A DNA stretch of 14,746 nucleotides from Candidatus Brocadiia bacterium (GTDB lineage: Bacteria; Planctomycetota; Brocadiia; SM23-32). Location: positions 1 through 14,746 of the forward strand of contig JBKHIT010000084.1 in NCBI GenBank assembly GCA_046538485.1, read 5' to 3'. How positions within the stretch are numbered: position 1 is the stretch's first letter; each line of letters starts with the position of its first letter. The notes below the pieces were generated by a model that saw only the letters and a program-made list of their open reading frames with translations, ran no database searches and was not told the origin of the DNA. Below, piece by piece: positions 1 through 5,919 of the stretch. The position numbers were made by a program, and so were the translations under genes.

Positions 1-100
1 CGAGATAGTGATAACGCTCGATCAGCTCGTTCCACAGCCCCGAGCCCTTGCCCGCACTCACCGGTTCGCACTGGAGCTCTCCCAGCTGACTGCGGGGGAT
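1..100 (-). pseudogene. Fragment of a DUF4338-domain (DruA-like / transposon-associated) protein; continues past the left edge and appears to lack its own 5' end
   Basis: The minus-strand frame reads ...PRSQLGELQCEPVSAGKGSGLWNELIERYHYL(G) to base 1. LWNxLIxRYHYLG is the motif I recognise from DUF4338 proteins. An in-frame TGA lies at 160-158 and there is no ATG between it and the motif. The boundary at ~100 is approximate. Not in the ORF track. Confidence 0.6.
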
Positions 101-375
101 TATTAGCGCCGTTTGGATAAGATTATCGCTGACATCTGCTACAATACATTTGTTACGTCACTTGTTTTGAAATAGCCGTAAAATCGAGGCTAGACGATGC
201 GACCTGACTTGCATAATTTTGGGGGGAGACGCTATATAAGCCATAGTGACCCTAAAAGCGATATCCTATCCTCACAGCGGGTGGTTGTCGCCACCCAGGC
301 ACCGGGATATATTGGTGACTTTCTCATGATGGTCGGAAGAACAGCAATCGAAATGGCTCTACTTGGAGAAGTTTC

Positions 376-2856
376 ATGCGCATCCCCATGCACGTCGAAC
401 AGTCGCTTGGTATCAGCCGTCCCGATGAACCGGTCCTCTGCGGGGTCCCCGTGCCACGAGGCGAGCTGACGGAGACCGGCTGGATGTTTCTGCATCATGC
501 GAATGGCGACCGTTGGCCGGTCCACACGTCCCCCGCCGCCTACTGGCCCGACGGCTCGGTCAAGTGGCTGCACGTATGTGGGCGGCTGTCGCTTGATGAA
601 GGGGCCAGTCACGATCTTTCGTTGGACACGGTGGGGATTGACCATGCGGATACGCCGTCCCTTAAGGTCGAGGAACGGGATGACGGGGTCGTCGTCACCG
701 GAGGGCCAATCGAGGTCACGCTTGGTCCGGAGATCGACGGCTGGCTGAACGCCCGTCCAGCGGCTGGTGCTCCGGGAGCCAGCGTGACGGGGCTTTCGCC
801 GGAGCTGGACTTCGTCGGACCGGAGCCGGAGACGCCTCCGCGAGCCGGCTGCTTCGTGATTGCCGACGGCCCGACGCGGGTCGTATCGCGGAGCCCCAAC
901 CGAGTGGTGCTTCGCAGCAACGGCCATTGGCTCGACGAGGCCGGCGAACCGATGGCGGAACTGCGGCTTTTCGTCGAGGTCCGCGCTGATATGGCAGAGG
1001 TCCGGTTGCAACCCGCTCTGATCTATCTCGGCCAAGCCCAAAGGGACTTGCTGCGCCGCTTTGAACTCGTGGTGCGAAGCGGCATGGGGGCGACGCTGTC
1101 TTCGATGGAGGACATCGCGCCACTCACGGATACGAAAACATACCTCACTGGCGACGGTCCGGCCGACCCGCGCCCCATTGACAGGATCACTTACGGCTTC
1201 GGTGCCGAACAGGGCCGCGGCTACTGGGACCGTGTGCGGCCGTATGTCCACCTGGCGCGTTTTCCACAGGCTCGGCAGGTGCAAATCGGCTCCAGCTTTT
1301 ACCGCACTGAGAAGCGCGTGTTGCCCGACGGCTGTAGCTGGGTGAAAGCCAATGAGGGACGACGCGCTCAGGGCTGGTGTCACCTCAATCAGGACGGTAC
1401 CGGGTTGACTGCCGCCATGCGCTACTACTGGCAGGAATACCCCAGTTCCCTGGCGGTGGACGCCGAGCAGGGCACGCTCACCTTCGGGTTTTGGCCCGCC
1501 GCCGCTGAGCCGCTGGACCTGCGTCGCTACTCGCCCATGCGCTACGGCCCGGACGCCTATGAGTATGGCACCGGTTTTTTCCCCGAGGAGACACATGGGG
1601 CCCACGGTGTGGCCAAAGCGCGGGAATTGGTCTTACAGTTTCACGATGGGCCGGCCGACTCCCGGGAACAACGCTGGGCGGTGGCCCGCCGGGCGTTGAG
1701 CTTCACGCGGCCATTGCGCCCGATGGCCACTGGCGCCCACTTCGCGGCTACCGAAGTCGTGGGCCAGGTGGGTGCCATTGACAGTCGGAGCGGCGAGGAC
1801 GTGGCGAAACGGATCAGCGAAGTCATACACCTGCTCGCCAGCGAACGGGACCGACGCGGCTGGTACGGTATGGTCGATTTCGGCGATATCCTGATGGGCT
1901 ACTATACCGCCCTCGAGCGTTGGGCCTTCGACGACGGCGGCTACGGATGGATCAACACCGAGCACCTCCCGGACTACGGATTGTGGCTGTGCGCTTTGGC
2001 TTCCAGGCGTGACGACTGGCTGAAACTGGCCATCGAGATGTCTCGGCACAACCGCGACCTGGACACCTACCACGCCGGCAATTTCATCGGCTCGGGCACG
2101 CGGCACAACGTCAACCACTGGGGCTGCGCCGACAAAGAATGGCGCGTATCCAACCCCATCTCCCGCCGGCTTCACTTCTACACCACCGCCGATCCATGGA
2201 CCGCCGAGGTCATCGGCACCACCGTGGAGATGTACCAATCCTACGAACGTACCTGCACGCTGGCGCCGTCCATGTCGGCGGCCCTTTCCGGTGTGCTCAC
2301 CAAGTGGGAAATGAGCGGTCGCGAGGAGGACGGCGAGGTGGTCCGCAAGATGGCCGACGTCTACGCCCGGGCGTTCATGGAAAGTGGCACTTTTCTTAAC
2401 GAGATGCACGTGAATATCGCCACCGGCGAGGGGCACCCCATCGAAGGCAAGGAGGCCGGGGCCTACTTCTTCTTCGAAACTTTCGGCGCCCAACACACGC
2501 TCTGCGAACTGGCATTGCTGCTCGAGCACAAGGAGCTGGCCGACGCTCTGACGCGCTATGCCCGTTTCCGGGCCGAGCCTGGTCGGGACGGCCGGCAGCC
2601 CGGCACTGGCCCCTTGCCAGCCTGCGCCCTCGCCTACCGGATCACCGGCGATCCGGAATTCCGCAAGCGCGTGCGAGGATCTCTTGAGGAGGCGGGCCAG
2701 GATCTGCACACCACCGGCGGCGATGGTTTGCAGGAGGAGCCTATCCACATGGCGCCCGTTGAGTGTGTTCGCCGCAATAAATTCGCCTGTAGACTGGCGC
2801 AAATCCTGCTCGTGGCGCCGGTGGCACTGGCGGCGCTGCAGGAAACCGACACTTGA
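376..2856 (+). CDS. YetA/PcRGLX-like protein, putative exo-rhamnogalacturonan lyase family (PL26-like), 826 aa
   Basis: Long ORF with GGAGA RBS at ~365-369. N-terminal GVPVPRGEL...YWPDGSVKW, and C-terminal GWYGMVDFGD...RWAFDDGGYGWINTE and GSGTRHNVNHWGCADKEWRVS segments that resemble the conserved YetA/PcRGLX motifs. No obvious signal peptide. Confidence 0.72.
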   Translation: MRIPMHVEQSLGISRPDEPVLCGVPVPRGELTETGWMFLHHANGDRWPVHTSPAAYWPDGSVKWLHVCGRLSLDEGASHDLSLDTVGIDHADTPSLKVEERDDGVVVTGGPIEVTLGPEIDGWLNARPAAGAPGASVTGLSPELDFVGPEPETPPRAGCFVIADGPTRVVSRSPNRVVLRSNGHWLDEAGEPMAELRLFVEVRADMAEVRLQPALIYLGQAQRDLLRRFELVVRSGMGATLSSMEDIAPLTDTKTYLTGDGPADPRPIDRITYGFGAEQGRGYWDRVRPYVHLARFPQARQVQIGSSFYRTEKRVLPDGCSWVKANEGRRAQGWCHLNQDGTGLTAAMRYYWQEYPSSLAVDAEQGTLTFGFWPAAAEPLDLRRYSPMRYGPDAYEYGTGFFPEETHGAHGVAKARELVLQFHDGPADSREQRWAVARRALSFTRPLRPMATGAHFAATEVVGQVGAIDSRSGEDVAKRISEVIHLLASERDRRGWYGMVDFGDILMGYYTALERWAFDDGGYGWINTEHLPDYGLWLCALASRRDDWLKLAIEMSRHNRDLDTYHAGNFIGSGTRHNVNHWGCADKEWRVSNPISRRLHFYTTADPWTAEVIGTTVEMYQSYERTCTLAPSMSAALSGVLTKWEMSGREEDGEVVRKMADVYARAFMESGTFLNEMHVNIATGEGHPIEGKEAGAYFFFETFGAQHTLCELALLLEHKELADALTRYARFRAEPGRDGRQPGTGPLPACALAYRITGDPEFRKRVRGSLEEAGQDLHTTGGDGLQEEPIHMAPVECVRRNKFACRLAQILLVAPVALAALQETDT

Positions 2857-2964
2857 CGGTCGCCGCCCGCGCGGAACGCGATCGGAACGTTCGCCCAACC
2901 TGTAGCGAGCAGACGTTTCCGGCAGAGCGAACTCTTCGCATCCCAAATGAGAGGAGACCGTTAC

Positions 2965-3060
2965 ATGCAATCACGTCAGACGTCCCACCGTCCGAACATT
3001 ATTTTTATTCTTGTGGACGACATGGGCTGGATGGACCTGTCCTGCCAGGGCGAGTTATAG
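2965..3060 (+). pseudogene. Sulfatase N-terminal stub (31 aa), truncated
   Basis: GAGGAG RBS, then MQSRQTSHRPNIIFILVDDMGWMDLSCQGEL*. PNIIFILVDDMGW.DL is the canonical start of formylglycine-dependent sulfatases. The frame ends at TAG 3058-3060, within the left end of the repeat element, before the CxPxR motif. Confidence 0.85.
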
Positions 3061-3390
3061 GGGTCGGACCATAACATATCGTTACTGATACTCACTTTGC
3101 AACTTTCCAGGGCCCGCTCAGAGGGCTTAGAAGCGCTCCCCTCAAAACTTGTCCGCCTCGGGCGTGATCAACTGTAAGAGGGCGGGGTTTTTCTGACGCG
3201 CCAGCTCTCCTCTCCTGGACCGTCCCTCGCCCGTCGTTCCGCCGTTATCCAGCAACCATCAACCAGCAACTTGAGTTCCGTTAGCGCCGTTTTTCAGGGG
3301 GTAAAAAACGCGTCTAACGCCATATACGATCCCATGTTTTGTCGTATCTAATTTCCAAAACTGCATTTGTTATGGTCCGACACCCTTTAG
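3054..3390. mobile_element. Non-coding inverted-repeat-bounded element, copy 1 (MITE-like or recombination-site module)
   Basis: Left GTCGGACCATAACA (3063-3076) is the exact reverse complement of TGTTATGGTCCGAC (3368-3381). No ORF inside. Both ends are homologous to the element at 4016-4493. Exact outer boundaries are uncertain by several bases. Confidence 0.7.
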
Positions 3391-3408
3391 CCTGTTGCCG
3401 CTTACCAC

Positions 3409-3876
3409 TTACGTTCGTATCTCACAACTATCCACTGGCTTTCCGTTCCTAAACCATCTCTCTTGGTGTTTCTCTTGGTCCGTCAACTCCAGCAACAATC
3501 CGTACTTATATTGATATTCTCGTGCGCCGTGGGGAGGCTTTGTATAATCCTTTGCTTTTTCCGCATCGCCACTCTCCTCCTTTTTCAGCTCAACTACAAG
3601 CAGGTTGTCCTCTGGTTGAGTCTTGCCGCGTTTATGCAAAATTATGTCGGGACGAATATTCTGTCCGTCAGAGTTAGGTTTTGATGTACCGTCTTTCCCC
3701 TGTCGATTGTACTCACAGTCCACATCCCAGCAGTCAGGAAATTGTTGCTCAAGATACACGGCTAAACGGTGTGCCATAGACCACTCGGCCGTGTCCCAGG
3801 TAAACAGCTCAGGGTCGCGTGCCCAAAATTCTTCGATGGCTTCCCTAACCAGTTGCTTTACTTCTTCAAATTCCAT
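3409..3876 (-). CDS. Hypothetical protein with PD-(D/E)XK nuclease-like motifs (~155 aa)
   Basis: AGGAGG RBS at 3888-3883 favours ATG 3876 over 3882. Motifs EWSMAHRLAVYL, VDCEYNR, RPDIILH and VVELKK fit the E...PD...ExK pattern. Visibly more AT-rich than the flanking genes. Confidence 0.75.
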   Translation of the reverse strand: MEFEEVKQLVREAIEEFWARDPELFTWDTAEWSMAHRLAVYLEQQFPDCWDVDCEYNRQGKDGTSKPNSDGQNIRPDIILHKRGKTQPEDNLLVVELKKEESGDAEKAKDYTKPPHGAREYQYKYGLLLELTDQEKHQERWFRNGKPVDSCEIRT

Positions 3877-4015
3877 TCTCATCCTCCTGATGAGTTGTCA
3901 AGAAACTTCCCAGCATTCGATCCAACATGATGGGTACTTGCGTCGAGCGGATTGAGCTCGATTTCAGAGACAAAAGATAGGGAGTATATAGGGATCGATC
4001 CCAAGCCTGGGGCCG

Positions 4016-4493
4016 CCTATAGGATGCGGACCATAACATATCGTTGATGACACTCATTTTACAACTTTTCAGGCGTCGCTCAGTCGGATTCAACTCGGTT
4101 CGTCCCTGCGAGATAGATATGTGCGGCAAGCTTCTTTCCTGCCGTTCTTAACTCGCAACTCCCTTGAACGCTTATTCCGGGATTTTATTGTTTCTCGGCT
4201 TTCTCCCCGCAGTCGCGTGTCCAGCAAGCTGGCGCCACGTTGTTTCCTTTCTCGTTCCTCGATTTTCTCGTTTCTCGACGATACTCAACTCGCTCCAGCG
4301 CCTCAATCAGTTCATCTCCATCTCGTATCCCGTATCACGCATCTCTATCGCGCCACTAACTCTCAACTGCCGTTCCCTTCCGCTTAGCCCCCCCATTTCC
4401 CCCACAAAATGCCCCGTCTAAGCCATATATGAGGGATCTTTTTGTCCTATCCCAAGCTCCACCAACAACTTCGGTTGGTCCGACCCGGATAAC
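4016..4493. mobile_element. Non-coding inverted-repeat-bounded element, copy 2 (same orientation as copy 1)
   Basis: 4018-4083 matches 3056-3121 at 54/66 by hand alignment, including the identical 19-mer CGGACCATAACATATCGTT. The right end shares CGTCTAA-GCCATATA-GA-N7-TTTTGTC-TATC-N24-TGGTCCGAC with copy 1. The interior is different, longer and pyrimidine-rich. Confidence 0.7.
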
Positions 4494-4500
4494 CAAACCC

Positions 4501-4770
4501 TCCTTCGACCCGGATGAAGGTTATTCAGGGCTTGTTACGGACAGAAAGGCCTTTATTGCCTACGCGCGGGGCGGGAACTACAGCGATGATGCTGCCATGC
4601 GAGAACTGGACCACCAGACCACCTATATGCCCCAGATTCTTGGATTCATGGGCATAACGGATGTGGAGAGTGTAACCGTAGAACCCACCCTCCACGAAGG
4701 CCAGGAAGTGGCCGAAGAGAAACGGGATTTGGCCATTGACAGGGCACGCACCATCGCGGAGAATTTCTAA
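4501..4770 (+). pseudogene. azoR: C-terminal fragment of an FMN-dependent NADH-azoreductase (AzoR/AcpD family), 5' half missing
   Basis: SFDPDEGYSGLVTDRKAFIAYARGGNY...DHQTTYMPQILGFMGITDVESVTVE matches the AzoR C-terminal half (GL..K....RGG.Y; D.Q..Y...LGF.GITDV). The N-terminal FMN-binding loop and PMWNF motif are absent. The ORF-track start at 4429 lies inside element copy 2. Confidence 0.8.
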
Positions 4771-4817
4771 CCCGCCGACATTAACGACTGACGGGAGCGA
4801 CAACCGGATCGGCTTTT

Positions 4818-4988
4818 ATCCACAGATTACGCAGATTTGCACAGATTTGTTTTTGGATCGACCGGAACCAGCTTTACAGGCCTTCGAGGGGCTGATTTCC
4901 CTGTGTACAGGCGTTTTCCTGGACACTCCATGTCTGTTTCTCGTTTTTTTGTTGCTCTAATCGGCGATAATCTATGTAATCTGTGGAT
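4818..4988. repeat. 171-bp element bounded by ~30-bp imperfect inverted repeats built from three ~9-nt (A/G)CAGATT units
   Basis: ATCCACAGATTACGCAGATTTGCACAGATT (4818-4847) versus AATCGGCGATAATCTATGTAATCTGTGGAT (4959-4988); the outer 13 bp pair perfectly. Confidence 0.8.
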
Positions 4989-5150
4989 CAACGGTGGTAT
5001 CTTGGAATCCAATTTTACCTCCCCCTCAGAGTGGGTAAGACGTTTCGCATCTGCGCCAACGTTCAAACGCCCGCTTCGCGGGCTCCAAGAAACAAAAACC
5101 GGAAGGTACTTATTTCTTGCCGCTTAGTTGGGGACCGTGGCCCGTGCCCA

Positions 5151-5918
5151 GAGGTATTTTCAAATGTTGTGGATGAGGGATTTGAGTTTGTCCTCTGGAA
5201 GATCATTTATGCCGCCTCTTTAAGTTCGATGCCGTCCTTGAATTTGACCCCGGAGATCACTTTCGGGATCAGTTTATAGCCGTTTATCCTGCGCCAGTGC
5301 TTCTCCCCCTCCCCCCCGAGCTTGAACACCATCGTGAGGGTGGCCTTCCGGTATCCGCAACCTTTGGTCTGACGGCTGCGGTGACGGACGGTCGCGAAGG
5401 TGGATTCGATGGGGTTGGTGGTGCGAATGTGAACCCAGTGCCTGGCCGGGAAATCGTAGAACCGGCAGCAGGGCCTCGATGCTGGGGGCCTTACGCATGT
5501 AGGGAGGTAGAATGCTGCTGCTGCTGAATTCCTCTCCCTCTCGCCGGTCCCTGGCACGGGGTTTTTGCACCTCTATATCTCCCAGTCCGGACTGAATGTT
5601 GCGCGGTGGTGCATAACCGTTTCTCACTACCAGGCGGTGGCCACTATCGGGACCTACCACGTGTTTGTGATTTTCCACATACGCGCTGACCTCCGCTTCC
5701 ACCGCGGCCTGAAGCATTTGCCTGGCTCCTTCTCGCAAAATGTTATCGAGTTCGCTACGTGAGTCTTCTTCGATTCGCTTTTCCAGATCTACAACGTTAT
5801 CATCTTGCATGAGCGTATCCTTTCTGTGCCCTCGCCTGAGGGCAAACTGGGAAAAAGTGAAATACTTCTCCAGAGGATACGCTCTTTCTTTCTCATCCAC
5901 AACATTTGATAATACCTC
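5151..5918 (-). mobile_element. IS256-family insertion sequence, internally deleted (768 bp), non-autonomous
   Basis: 27-bp terminal inverted repeats matching at 26/27: GAGGTATTTTCAAATGTTGTGGATGAG (5151-5177) and the reverse complement of 5892-5918. Encloses transposase fragments. The flanks (CGTGCCCA / GATGCGTG) are not a direct repeat. Confidence 0.92.
5207..5810 (-). pseudogene. IS256-family (Mutator-like) transposase with a large internal deletion and frameshift
   Basis: The N-terminal part from ATG 5810 (LREGARQMLQAAVEAEV...VVRNGY...PRARDR...SILPPY) is joined at ~5460 to the C-terminal part in another frame (FYDFPARHWVHIRTTNPIESTFATVR...KEAA*, stop 5209-5207). The central region carrying the two catalytic aspartates is missing. 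Confidence 0.92.
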
Positions 5919-5919
5919 G

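Noticed and set aside
103..114. 12-bp match TTAGCGCCGTTT shared with 3281-3292
   Set aside because: Similarity does not extend on either side, so it is compatible with chance.
232..2970. Long antisense ORFs 232-1605 and 1633-2970
   Set aside because: They lie opposite the 826-aa gene, have no recognisable motifs and are expected shadows in GC-rich coding DNA.
3312..3375. Possible integron attC site downstream of the minus-strand nuclease-like gene (CATAAC ... GTTAGAC on the minus strand, 64 bp)
   Set aside because: The would-be L boxes are not complementary, R'' does not pair well with R', and the homologous position in copy 2 lacks the GTT.
3056..3390. TATAG / TTTAG as a 5-bp target duplication around element copy 1 (Tn3-like)
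   Set aside because: Imperfect match, TATAG also precedes copy 2 so it is more likely part of the end, and the sulfatase frame does not resume after the element.
3056..4083. CRISPR array or dif/pdif sites suggested by the repeated 19-mer
   Set aside because: Only two direct copies ~960 bp apart with no regular spacers, and no TTATGTTAAAT-like XerD arm at the correct spacing.
4429..4500. Start of a 113-aa intact protein at 4429
   Set aside because: The first ~24 codons come from the repeat element and junction; azoreductase similarity begins only near 4501.
5740..5919. N-terminal 60 aa of the 421-aa ORF-track protein
   Set aside because: This is read-through across the IS256 end and antisense transposase sequence, not part of the HTH protein.
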